Part shown: one piece after another, positions 1-19,992 of the stretch
Layout of the letters: each line of letters starts with the position of its first letter
Numbering within the stretch: position 1 is the first letter of the stretch
DNA from: the human T2T-CHM13v2.0 reference genome, Homo sapiens
DNA: 64,000 bases
Strand: one strand, 5' to 3'
NCBI RefSeq assembly: GCF_009914755.1
Contig: NC_060933.1
Program-made: the position numbers and the translations under genes
The notes under the pieces: generated by a model
Database searches by the model: none
The model's input: the letters and a program-made list of their open reading frames with translations, nothing else
Told to the model about the DNA's origin: nothing

Positions 1-134
1 GTTGAAAGAAGCACACATGCAGCTCAGGCCAGAGGTAATGGGTGGTTTAAAAAAGGAGGAAGGTGGAGAACCTAGGCCTCTAGAGAACTTGGCAGTTTCA
101 GGCTACACTTCTGTAGACCAAATTCATTCCTTAA

Positions 135-552
<418 letters not shown>

Positions 553-1250
553 TAATATATTTTATCCCTACAGTGCCCCATTTTACAGATGAAGAAATGG
601 AGGACCAGAGGGGCCAGAAGTTTGTTCAGTATCACACAGTTAGGAAATGGGTCTTAAAGGTAGCAGATCTGATGCCTAGAGCAGTATGCTTTCCACAGTC
701 CCTCAGCTGCTGCTGCCTGGCTGGCAGCCCAGGCTTCCCAGAGCGTAGACTCCCACTGTGAATGCCTGAAAGCTCAGGAGAGTCTCCGCATGCACCACGC
801 TCGGTACCAGTTCAAGACTGAAGTTGGCTGGAGAGTCTCTGGGCCCAAGAGCTGCCTTGGGAGTGGGGACAGATTTTTTTTTTAAACCTACGTAAAAAGG
901 TTAGTTAGATATATTGCTGATCTTCAGTTAATTACTGCCCTGCAACCTGGGGCAGGGGCCTCACTCTGCATCCAGTTTCAAATCTGAGACCTGGGTTTGC
1001 TCAAATTCAGTTCAAACTGGTGACATAGCAGCCTGCATTCAGAAAGGAATAGGTCTTGTAAGTATCAACAACAGAACCAAAGGGACATTATTGTGTTAAT
1101 CCTTCTGGGCGTACTCACAGCCCAGGAGAGTTTCTGAGATTGTATGTGGTGTCCTCTAAATAAATAGGATTGTTTTTCAACAGAGAATTACAATGTTTAG
1201 CTTCTGGTGAAATAATATTATTCTTTTAAAGTGTTAGTCACTCCTGGTGC

Positions 1251-1580
1251 TTTTTTTTTTTTTTTTTTTTTGAAACAGAGTTTCGTTATTGTTGCCCAGG
1301 CTGGAGTGCAATCAATGGTGCAATCTCGGCTCACTGCGACTTCCGCCTCCTGGGTTCAAGCAATTCTCCTGCCTCAGCCTCCCAAGTAGATGGGATTACA
1401 GGCGTCCACCACCATGCCCAGCTAATTTTTTTTTTTTTTTTTTTTTTTTTTTGTATTTTTAGTAGAGACGGGGTTTCACCATGTTGGCCAGGCTGGTCTC
1501 GAACTCCTGACCTCAGGTGATCCACCCTTCTTGGCCTCCCAAAGTGTTAGGATTACAGGCGTAAGCCTCTGCATCCAGCT
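1251..1580 (-). mobile_element. Alu with expanded middle A-tract
   Basis: Alu dimer reverse complement, long T run near 1426-1452. Confidence 0.93.
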
Positions 1581-1610
1581 GCTTTTTTTTTTTTCCCCCT
1601 GGAGACAGAA

Positions 1611-1902
1611 TGATAACGGTTTGGCTGTGTCTCCACCGAAATCTCAACTTGAATTTTATCTCCCAGAATTCCCACGTGTTGTGGGAGGGACCCAAAGGGA
1701 GGTAGTTGAATCATGGGGGCTGGTCTTTCCCGTGCTATTCTCATGATAGTGAATGAGTCTCATGAGATCTGATGGGTTTATCAGGGGTTTCTGCTTTTGC
1801 TTCTTCCTCATTTTCTCTTGCTGCTGCCATGTAAGAAGTGCCTTTTGCCCCCCACCATGATTCTGAGACCTGCCCAGCCATGTGAAACTGTAAGTCCAAT
1901 TA
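1611..1902 (+). mobile_element. THE1-type MaLR LTR (THE1A-like), truncated
   Basis: tgata..ggtttggctgtgt..ccac..aaatctcaacttgaatt...gtaagtccaatta matches the THE1 consensus as I recall it. Confidence 0.85.
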
Positions 1903-2168
1903 CAGCTTACAGCCTTCCCCAGAGTAATCACTTTGAGAAGCACTTTCATTTGGAGGACTAAGTCCTAACCTGGTTGTTAAAAATAATTAGGCTCAGTAGT
2001 TTTGTCATCCCTCCTCCTCCATAGTTGCTTCCCCAGGACACAGTTTTTCTAAAACTTGACCATACCTAGTGTTGAATCCATAGTAAGGAGAAATGTTATG
2101 TGTGCATTTCATTGCAGTGACAATTAAAAACAATAATAACCAATCAGAGTAATGAGAAGTATATGAAG

Positions 2169-2375
2169 GCGGTTTCCAAAGTGTGGTTCAGGAACCCCTG
2201 GGGGATTCATGAGCCCTTTCAGGAGGTCCACAAAGGCAAAGCTATTTCCATAATGATACTCAAATGTTATTTGTCCTTTCCATCATCATTCTCACAAGTA
2301 TATAGTGGAGTTTTCCAGAGGCTAGGTGATGTGTGATGACATCATTCCTCTGGCAGCGGCTCACCTAATGGAAGG
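2169..2375 (+). mobile_element. hAT-Charlie (Charlie1-like) DNA transposon left end
   Basis: ggtttccaaagtgtggt..acccctggggg...gtggagttttccagaggcta..tgtgtgatgac resembles Charlie1 5' end. Confidence 0.65.
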
Positions 2376-2389
2376 TGTGTTGTGTGTCT

Positions 2390-6040
<3,651 letters not shown>

Positions 6041-6055
6041 AGAAAAGATTCCTCT

Positions 6056-7054
<999 letters not shown>

Positions 7055-7108
7055 CCTTAGTAATTTTTAAGAATTTGAAGATGAAAACATTTGGGACTCC
7101 ATGCTGAA

Positions 7109-7275
7109 TGCTGTATACACATACCCCAGCTGTGTGGTGTGTACCTGGCTATATGATGGCACGACTGTATGGTACACACCTCAGCTGTATGGTACATACC
7201 CCCGACTGTATGATGCACACCCCAGCTCTGTGGTACACACCCTGCTGTGTGGCCCATACCCGGGCTATATGGCCC
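7109..7275. repeat. Degenerate about 20-bp minisatellite (tgtatggtacacaccccagc-like), about 8-9 units
   Basis: Repeated tgt(a/g)tgg/gat..cacacc...gc units. Confidence 0.8.
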
Positions 7276-8355
7276 AGTGGCCAAGTGAATGGACTCTAGG
7301 GTCAGATTTTAAGTTTGAATATGGCTCTGCCTGTTATTTTTGGTATATCCATGTGGAGGTTATTTAACCTTTTTGTGCCTGTTTTCTTCAGTTGTAAAGT
7401 GGGCTTCCTAGCAGAACCCATCTGGGAGGGAAAGTGAAGATTAAATGTGATCGTTAATATAAAGCATAGTACACAATCAGTATTCAGTGAATATCAGTTA
7501 CAATTAAGGAAAGCAACCTGGGCTAAGGGCTAGGACATCTGGGTACTTGCAGGCTGGGACATCTGGGTACTTGTCCTGGCTTTGTCCTTAACTCTCAGTG
7601 TGACCTTGGTGAGCCCCTTCCCTGCCTGGGCCACCATTTCATTTTCCGTGTGTGACCAAGCTACCATCCAGTGGTTCTCTCTATTCTGATGTCCTGAGTC
7701 AGCGCAGAACCAGGGAAGATGTCATCAAGGTGACTTGCACCTGGATTGGGGACTTTTCTGCTTCCGTCCACGTTTCCTGGAAATGCAAGCTCCCTGAGCT
7801 CCTGGATCTGACCTAGGAGAAAGGTGCCTCCTTGCCCGTGAGGCTGCCAAGGCGGAGTCACTTCTTTAGGCCGTGCCCTGCAGGTGGCATCGGTTGAGAA
7901 CCCGGAGCAGTTGGGTGATAGGGAGGAGTCTGGTGTTTGCAGCGGGGCTTCCTCCTTGGTTTTCCTTCCCTCTGCTCCCCAGGCAGCCCATTTGCTTGGT
8001 GTCTGTGATGGGTGTTTTAGAGTCAGGCTCTCTGAGCTCAGCTCCTGGTGCTCACACTCTGTGTGGCTTGGGCTCCTCATGTAACCTTGGAGCCGCAGTG
8101 GCCCCCGTCTGTAAAAACAGGATTGTTAAGATGCTCCTGGGGCTATCTGGAGGATTCAGGGAGCTAAACCCGTGGGGTGCCAGCACAGGGCCAGGTCTAC
8201 ACTCACCCAGCGATGGCTGTTCTGTGACTCAGAACCCTTTGGAGTTTTTCTGCCTCAGCCTATTTGGGCAGGTAGGTTCCTCTGGATGAGGAATGCCTTT
8301 TGTCCCCAGCTAGTCCCCTGCCTGACCTAGGGCACAGGCAGTGAGGGAAAGTGCA

Positions 8356-10032
<1,677 letters not shown>

Positions 10033-10967
10033 TTAATAAAGTTCTGAGTCGAATAAGTTTGGGAAACACTGGGTTTGGAACTCAGCTAAGTTGATTTACT
10101 GGGACCCTCTAAGAAGGCATTAAGGCAGGGTAGTGTTTCTCCCAAACGAGGCTATCCATGGGACCCATTTCTGCATGTTGAACTCAGCTGGGAGCCCGAG
10201 GAGAGTTGTACATGCCTGAGCTCCCTTCAGACTCCCACAGACTTTGTGCTATGGGGCAGGAGGGAGAGAGGAGTGCTGAGGCTGCCGGGCTGCATGGAAC
10301 CCCAGATAGAGGGAACCCGATAGCACGGTCGGCAGGCTAGGGGAAGTCAAGGAGTCCCTGAAGAGAAAGGGGTCACCAGTTGCTGACCCAGCCTGTAGTA
10401 GCCCCTAGGCACAGCGATACTGTCTTAGGGCTGAAAGTTAGGATCTTCCAGATTACTCAGATTCCCTTTGCCCGATGGCTCTGAGTGGCAGTTTTCTAAA
10501 TGTCCACTGGGTGGCGCTGGCTCCCCAGGAGGCGGCAAAATGAGGCGCCCCTTCCCTTTCCAGCAGGAATTGGCCTTTTTCTTTACTTGAAAATTACAGA
10601 ATTCCATGCAGATTTTACAGCCTCTGTAGGTAAGCTTTCACAAGGTGTTTTTCTGCACTTGTCCCCCCTCCTTGCCCCGATCGCTCTGCCCCTCTCTTGG
10701 GGGGGTTTCTGCTTCTGTTTATGCCCTGGTGGGCCACACCACACTCCCACAAGATGAACATTATACAAAAGAAAACTCAGTGGAAGGTTCCTTCTTTAAA
10801 CAGAAAGCACTCTCTTCATCTGCCAAATGAAGTGAGAAGGGTAGGAAAATTAGATTTTATTGAAAAAATATATTTAAAACTGATGTTTTTTCAGTTCTGT
10901 CTTAGGGCTAGTTAGCAGTGTTATGAGACACAAACAGGAAGGAGTGAGGTGGAAAGGTATGGAAGGT

Positions 10968-11240
10968 ACTGGGCATGGCAGCTGAAGCTTGCAACCCCAG
11001 CACTGTGGGAGGCCAGGGTGGGACAACTGCTTGAGGTCAGGAGTTTGAGAACAGCCCGGGCAACATAGCAAGACCCCATCTCCACAGCAAATTAAAAAAA
11101 AAAAAAAATTAGCCACATGTGGTGGCACGTGCTTGTGGTCCCAGCTACTTGGGAGACTGAGGCAGGAGGATTGCTTGACCCCAGGAGTTTGAGACCAGTC
11201 TGGGCAACATAGCAAGACCCCGTCTCTACCACAAAAGAAA
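10968..11240 (+). mobile_element. AluJ/FLAM-like tandem of two left monomers
   Basis: Both arms end in gggcaacatagcaagacccc.tctc. Confidence 0.8.
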
Positions 11241-11480
11241 AGAAAAAGATGGAAGGGGAAAAGAGAAGAGTTAAAAATAAAGCAGAGGAAGAGCAGTGAG
11301 AAAGGTGAAGGAAGGGAGGAAAGGAAGGAAACGGTGGGAGGGAGGGAGGAAGGAAAGGGAGAGAGGGAGGGAAGGAAAGGGAGGAAGGAAAGGGAGGAAA
11401 GGGAGGGAGGGAGGAAGGAAGGGAGGGAGGGAAGGAGACAGGAAGGGAGGTAGGTTGGTTGGTCCGTCGGTCCGTCGGTC
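11232..11480 (+). repeat. Purine-rich (GGAA/GGGA)n tract grading into (GGTT) and (GGTCCGTC) units
   Basis: About 220 nt almost purely A/G. Confidence 0.9.
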
Positions 11481-12243
11481 CTAGACCAATCAGAGTTTGC
11501 ATTTCATTTCAGCAACTTCCCTGGGAGAGGGAAAGATTTGTGCCCATGTGATCAAGTGTGAGCAACTCACTAAGCCCTAACTTATTTCTGAGTCACCATT
11601 CAGAGACATTGATTTTTTCGACTTTTGATTTCCAACTTCAAAACAAAACAAAGGGACTCAAGAAAACTTTTGAAGGTGATGTGTATGTTTATTACTCTTG
11701 TGCTGATGGTAGCAGTAGTGTATACTTAAGTCCCAACTCACCAAATTACATTATGTGCAGTTTTTAGTATATCAATTACACCTTACTGAAGCTGGAAAGA
11801 AATGATAATAAAAAGTTTTTGAGTTCTTATAATTTGACAGCAAACTGAGATTTTACTCTTATAACTTGTGATCCACTGATTCCTTCAGCAAGCATTTGCT
11901 GACATTTACCAATTTCCTGAGTCTTGTTGATGAATACTAGAGAAGGATGTTGAAGAGCACTAAATAGGTAACCTCAAGCAGTGACGTTATATCTGAAAAA
12001 AGTGACTGAGGTTCACTTTTAAGTAGGCAGCGTGCTTTGAGGCCTGAAAGGGCTCGGGTTGAATGGGCCCTGCCAGCCATGGATCCTTATGTAGAGGCTG
12101 GGCAAAAAAATGCTCCATTTTCCCCCTTTCGCCAAGAATTGAAATAGCCCCTTTTCCTGCTCGTTTGGCCGAGTAGAAGGGAAAGCCTTTGAGGCTATTC
12201 ATGTTTTCACTGCCTGGTTTTCTGGGTCAGGATTAGGTCATGA

Positions 12244-12608
<365 letters not shown>

Positions 12609-12860
12609 CTTTTCCAGATTCCTGTAGCCAGCAAAGACCAGCACCAAACGTTTGTTGGGCTAATGGATGGGTGGATGCAAATGAATGTTTGCATTTGAAT
12701 GAAATGACTGAGAACAAATCTTTGCCTGCTTTCAAGTTGCTGAGCGTCCCTCTACTGCCTAAGATGAGGGGTTTTTCTACTTGTATGTTATTCCTTGCCT
12801 GTCATAACAACAGTGTTTTTGGACAATGGTGAAAAGGAGCTCCCTCTTTGATTTTTGTAG

Positions 12861-12960
12861 ATGGCAGTTGAATTCCTGCATGAACTGAATGTTCCATTTT
12901 TCAAAGTTGGATCTGGAGACACTAATAATTTTCCTTATCTGGAAAAGACAGCCAAAAAAG
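12861..12960 (+). CDS. NANS: NANS (N-acetylneuraminate-9-phosphate synthase) coding exon 3, 100 nt
   Basis: tttttgtag acceptor, reads MAVEFLHELNVPFFKVGSGDTNNFPYLEKTAKK(G), gtaagt donor at 12961; NeuB-family KVGSGD motif. Confidence 0.97.
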
Positions 12961-13079
12961 GTAAGTGTCTAATTTTTGACTTAAAATCGAAGGGAGTCCA
13001 AACCTTCATATTTTTACTCCCCTCATGGTGGCCCACTTTCAGCAGATTTCATGAAGACAAATTTTAGCCTCTTTTCATT

Positions 13080-13610
<531 letters not shown>

Positions 13611-14135
13611 TAAAGTGGTTTTACAACATGAACAATTTCATTTGATCCTCATAACACTCCTAGGACTGAAACAGGTCATGATTATGATGCTTGATACTTA
13701 TTTCACAGGGGAGGCCTCTGAGACTCAGAGACGGACAGTACTCTGCCCAGGCACAGCTAGAAGTGGCAGCTCCACACCTCACATTCATTCACACTCTTGA
13801 ATCAGCACTCATTCTACTGTACTGCCATGGTATACAACCTATTAATCAGATAAGATACTCATTTTCCTCTTGGCAGTGTGAAATTCCTCTGCCTCTTTAA
13901 TTCAGTTCCTTTTGCTCAAGAACACTGTCGGGGGGCAGAGGGGAGCCCACCTTTCCTGTGGCCGAGGGCAGGAACCCAACAAGCTCCTCTCTGTTCCCCC
14001 ACAGGGGCTGGCACAGTGTTTTAAGAGATGTCTGTGGAGTTCAGTTGAATGATGAGACCAGCAGTTGGGATGTGTTGGGGAGAGTCAGAACCTCTAAAGA
14101 GAAAGTGCTGATGGTGTTGGTGCTGGATTACTCAG

Positions 14136-14290
14136 GTCGCCCAATGGTGATCTCCAGTGGGATGCAGTCAATGGACACCATGAAGCAAGTTTATCAGATC
14201 GTGAAGCCCCTCAACCCCAACTTCTGCTTCTTGCAGTGTACCAGCGCATACCCGCTCCAGCCTGAGGACGTCAACCTGCGGGTCATCTCG
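14136..14290 (+). CDS. NANS: NANS coding exon 4, 155 nt
   Basis: ctcag acceptor, (G)RPMVISSGMQSMDTMKQVYQIVKPLNPNFCFLQCTSAYPLQPEDVNLRVIS, gtgagc donor; phase matches exon 3. Confidence 0.97.
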
Positions 14291-14496
14291 GTGAGCAGGA
14301 GGGAGGGGGTTCCCTTCTTGGGCCATTTACTATGGGGAAGGCGTAGTCTTTTTTATAACCAAAATTCTAACAAACATGGCATACTTTATAATTTGAACAT
14401 CCTTTGACAGTCTTGCTGTTACCAAATCAAATTCGAGCTAAGCAGTTGAGGAAGCACATACATTCTAAAGAGGGTGACTGTAAATGAAATTTTCTT

Positions 14497-14806
<310 letters not shown>

Positions 14807-15862
14807 TCAACAGACATTTGGGATGATTTTACCTTTTGGCTATTGTGAATGATGCTGCTATGAACACTAGCGTACAGATAAATATTCATCTTTTTTCATA
14901 CTGAGTTATAGGAGGCCTTCTTGAAACTTCCTGGCTTTTTCTGCTTTATTTGCTGACTCTCTTATTTTCTAATGCTGAGCATCCCTGAGGCTCATACTAG
15001 TTATAGTGACAGCCTTGATGGAAATTACTCTCTCCCACGATTTTGCCTACTCAGTCATTTCACAGATGGTGAAATCCAGTCCCAAGTCGGGAAGCCTGAG
15101 ATCCCACAGCAGCTTGGTGGCAAAGCTGGAACTAGAACCTGGGCATGTCCCCCTAGGCCTTTGTCTCTTACTGTCTCACGCCATCTCTCTCAGTTCTTCC
15201 TGTAGCACTGGAAATTTAACTTTATTCGAAAATATGTATGTAATTATCATTAAAACTATTATAGTAACATTAATGGAATTCTATCTATCTATCCACACAT
15301 ACTAGAATCCTGATATTGCAGTTGTTTTCCTTTTATATTTTCCTTTCAGTATAGTATTTGACATTGTTTTCCCCATAATATAAGCTTTCTTACATGTTGT
15401 TATACAGCCATTAACTTAAAAAGTTAGCCTTTTTGAAAACTGACATTACTCTCTTTTTACCTAAACTTTCTGTCCCTCCCAATCCTGTTTTTGCTTCACT
15501 TACAGCTTATCTAAATCACGTTATTTTTAAAATTTAAAAATGATTTCTGTGAAATATGTAATGTCGAAAGTAAACATCCCCTGCACTCCCATCCCACAGA
15601 GATTCCGATAATTAACAGTTTAGTAGACGTGACCCCAGCTATTTTCCTTTTCAGTGTATCTCCGTCCCCACTCAAGGTGCTGTCATGTCCTCTCTCTTGA
15701 CACTACACATTGCAGGAGTTATTCTGCCAGCCTATCCCATCTTGGGCCTGCACATAGTACAGTGGTTTGAATTTTCAAACTTGTAGCAACCCGCACTCCA
15801 TCACACACCCTTAAGCCTGGTTTTCAAGGCCTTTGCCACCTAACCCTCCTAATCTTTTGTTA

Positions 15863-16209
<347 letters not shown>

Positions 16210-16758
16210 CTACTGTACTCAGCTTTCTGGTCACCCTCACCAACAAGACTCACCCATCTTAGAGTGTCTTTTGTTGCATTCAGTGAATTATAGATAACGG
16301 ATTAATTATTTATCATTTTCACCAAAGGATTGTTTTGAGATTGGGCTGTGTATATTATTGATGATATTTGTGCATATAGCACACTTGCTTTCAGCAGCTC
16401 AGGCTAATTAAATGTGACAGATGGTTTTTGAATGAGGTTAGACATTCATTTATAGTTCTGTTGTTACTCTTGGTGTATTGTGCAATGTGAAACATTCTTA
16501 AAATGCATTCTTTAGAATAACAGTAACCATTTTTAGAGCATTTACAATGTGCTGAGTGCTTCTCATGCATTTACAGCAACACTCAGCAGGTATTATTATC
16601 ATCCCTAGGAAAGAGAGGCTCAGAGAGCCTCAGTATCTTGCCCCTGGCTGCACAGCTAGTGAGTGGCTAAACCGGGGCTCAACCAGATACGCTTCACCTG
16701 GAGAATATGCATAAAGCAGCATGATATTTAATGTTATTTTTCTTTTTCCATTTTAAAG

Positions 16759-17025
16759 GAATATCAGAAGCTCTTTCCTGACATTCCCATAGGGTATTCT
16801 GGGCATGAAACAGGCATAGCGATATCTGTGGCCGCAGTGGCTCTGGGGGCCAAGGTGTTGGAACGTCACATAACTTTGGACAAGACCTGGAAGGGGAGTG
16901 ACCACTCGGCCTCGCTGGAGCCTGGAGAACTGGCCGAGCTGGTGCGGTCAGTGCGTCTTGTGGAGCGTGCCCTGGGCTCCCCAACCAAGCAGCTGCTGCC
17001 CTGTGAGATGGCCTGCAATGAGAAG
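16759..17025 (+). CDS. NANS: NANS coding exon 5, 267 nt
   Basis: Pyrimidine tract + aag acceptor, EYQKLFPDIPIGYSGHETG...VLERHITLDKTWKGSDHSASLEP...CNEK, gtgtgt donor; metal-binding GYSGH and ERH motifs of NeuB family. Confidence 0.97.
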
Positions 17026-18788
17026 GTGTGTCCTGCCGGACTCTACTCGGTTCTGCTGCCGTGTGTGGAAAAAGGATAGGCTGGCCTGAGAGGGATGGTC
17101 AGGACCAGCCCTCCCTGAGCCAGGCTGATGAAATGATCAGTGAATGTGCTCCCACCCGTGTCAGCTTCTTCAGGCTTCTCTTCAGTAATGCATGTCACTC
17201 TGGCCTGTAGCAGCAGCAGGAGACACATGTTATCTAACTTTAGCAGTTTCTCTGGCCACCTAGGGTCACATTAGAGTCTTCCACTAATTCTCTGAAGCCC
17301 ATGGCCCCAGTACTCCTAGACTCCAGAATATGTAACAGGAGTGAGGCCCTGGAATAAGTCAAGTCTGGGCTCCCTTGGAGCAGGTAAGCCCTGAGAAACA
17401 TTTAGGCACGGTGTTCCCTGAGGTACCAGAAGAGCCTGTGGCATTTCCTAAGCCAGGGTGGCACTGGTGGGAAGGGCAGTGAGTCGTTGCAGAGGTGGGT
17501 GGGTGATGATGCAGCTATTCCTTGTGCAACAGTGACCTTCAGACAGAGGAACTGGTGGGCCTAGAAGCACTGCCTGGCATGCTGACTATCAGGGCTTCCT
17601 GGAAGCCGTGGCCTGGACCTTCTTGCCTTCTGAGTCATAGAGCCAGGCAGGCATCCTGGGGCTGCCAGGCACACACACACCTAACCTGTAGGCTGTCGGG
17701 GTCAAGGCAAAGACCAAACACCAGGCATGCCTGGGACTGTTGTCACCTTTTATTCTAGTGGGGCCTACCTGCTTCCCCAAATCAAAGATGCATCTATACC
17801 AGGAAATTAAAATAAAGTAAAAAGAAATAGTTTCTTTATAGAGGAAACAGGAGAGAATTAGACCAGAAACCAGAGTAAGATTTATAACAGCTGAGCACTT
17901 AATTTGGCTCTCTGAGCAGACAGTAAAACATAACAGGATGCATGATTATCACTTGACATTTTTTCCTGGCACCACATTCCAAGCAGAATTGATTCCTTGT
18001 ACTCTTACGTGGAGGATATAGAGTAATAAAACACGTAATTTATTTGAAAGCATTTATAGAGAAGACAAACACTGGTCATGAGCTTCAGGTACCCTTCATT
18101 CCCTCATCTGCCTGTATTATCTGCCCCTTCCTCGGGGGCTCCTTTTCTTGCCATCTGCATAACAGCCACATTCACCATCTTATGAGTCCTTCATATTTCT
18201 ATTTTACCAAACAAAGTGGCGGTAAGGTGTGTGCCCTGGAGAACGGTGTGTCAGGAGTTAAGAATCTCATCCCTATGTTATGTTTCATCTTGGCTGTCTG
18301 CAACCCTGGCCAAGTCACCCACCCTGTATGGGCCTCAGTTTCCCCATGTTTACAATGAGATACTGAGCTGAATGGTAACCAAAAGAATCAGAGTTTGCAT
18401 GTATTGAGAGCATTCTATGTTCCACGTACATTCTGTAATATCACCAATCCTTACAGTCATCTGACAGGATAAGTTTCCATTTGACAGAGAAACTAAAACG
18501 TGGCCTATACCCCACAGACTGGGATTTGAACCTGGCTCCGCCTACATAGCCTCAGCCCTTTCCTTTGCACTTTGTTGTAAAGGCTCCTCCTCTGAGTCTC
18601 TGAATTCAATCTATACTGGTTGAATTCCTGCCATGTATGAGATATTCTGAGCAGTGTAGGGGGCAACAGAGTGCCTGCTCCCAAGGTACTGCCTGGGGAA
18701 GACTGATCAGGGACCTTGAGTGTAAAGTAAAGTAGTGTGCACTAGTTACTTCTGTGAAGCTGGCACTGAATGTTCATTTTGTCCACAG

Positions 18789-18998
18789 CTGGGCAAGTCT
18801 GTGGTGGCCAAAGTGAAAATTCCGGAAGGCACCATTCTAACAATGGACATGCTCACCGTGAAGGTGGGTGAGCCCAAAGGCTATCCTCCTGAAGACATCT
18901 TTAATCTAGTGGGCAAGAAGGTCCTGGTCACTGTTGAAGAGGATGACACCATCATGGAAGAATTGGTAGATAATCATGGCAAAAAAATCAAGTCTTAA
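18789..18998 (+). CDS. NANS: NANS last coding exon 6 (C-terminal SAF / type III antifreeze-like domain)
   Basis: ccacag acceptor, LGKSVVAKVKIPEGTILTMDMLTVKVGEPKG...KKIKS, TAA at 18996-18998. Confidence 0.97.
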   Translation: MGKSVVAKVKIPEGTILTMDMLTVKVGEPKGYPPEDIFNLVGKKVLVTVEEDDTIMEELVDNHGKKIKS

Positions 18999-18999
18999 A

Positions 19000-19005
19000 A
19001 ATAAA
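19000..19005 (+). terminator. NANS: NANS polyadenylation signal AATAAA
   Basis: AATAAA one base after the stop codon, followed by U/GU-rich sequence at about 19020-19062. Confidence 0.85.
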
Positions 19006-19992
19006 GTGCCATTCTCTGAATTCTCAGTTCCCTTGCTGATGCTGTCAGGTGTGTTTGAGTGAGGCGAGGGCAGGAATGGCGGTCTCCAGGGACCTGGCTG
19101 TCATCCACCTCCACCTGCTCCTTAGACAGCAGATGTTTCTGGGCTAGGCCCTGTGTCAGCCCACTGGAGACAGAAAAAGATCCAGTGATGCAATCTCTCC
19201 TTCAAGTTGGCCAGCTTAGTGCACTGGCCAACAGTGCATTATAAACAGAGCACCAGAAGAAGGGGTGGTTCCAAACAAAGTCCATATCCTCCAGTTGCTG
19301 GGTGGCTGCAGAGAGGGGTGAGAGCTGGCTGCACATGTCCTTTCCTTTAAGCCTTCATTCTCACTTCCTTACAGCCCTTTACTTCTCCATTGTCTTTATC
19401 CCTTTCCTGCCCTTGGCCTCTGTGTTTAGTTGGCATTGTATAGCAGTCACTCCACATCAGAGAAAGGACTGGTCAAAGGATCTTGTAGGCAGAAAATGCT
19501 GAAAGCACTCCTTTCAGAGCAAAGAGAGGGAAATGGCATGTGTTCCTTCTCTGAACAAATATTGAGGGCCATCTTTGTGCCAGGCACTGCTTTAGGCACA
19601 GAGTATATGGCCATGAACAAGCCCCAATCCCTTCCTCAGAGAACTTCCATTCAGATGGGGGCAGATGCATAAAAATCCATAGCATAGTGATTCAGTCACA
19701 CAATATGTTAGAAGGTGGTATGTGAGCCAGGCGTGCTTGTGTGAGCCTGTAATCCCAACTACTTAGGAGGCTGAGGTGGGAGGATTGCTTGAGACCAGGA
19801 GTTCAAGCTATAATACGATCTTGGATGGGAACAGGTGGGAGTCAGGGTTTGTTTACACGTAAGTGAGAACTTTAATGAGTTATCTTCAGAAGCAGTGAAT
19901 GCCCCATCCCTGGAGATAGTTAATCAGGGAGCAGCTGACTACTACCAGAAGGCTGCGTAAGGAATAAGATATGAGTAAAGGCCCTTCTGGGT

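Noticed and set aside
7109-7275. CRISPR-like array
   Set aside because: Contiguous degenerate units without unique spacers; vertebrate intron
13958-14135. In-frame open extension upstream of NANS exon 4
   Set aside because: Starts at GTG, and the strong acceptor (14004) is out of phase with exon 3, so it gives a premature stop rather than a longer protein
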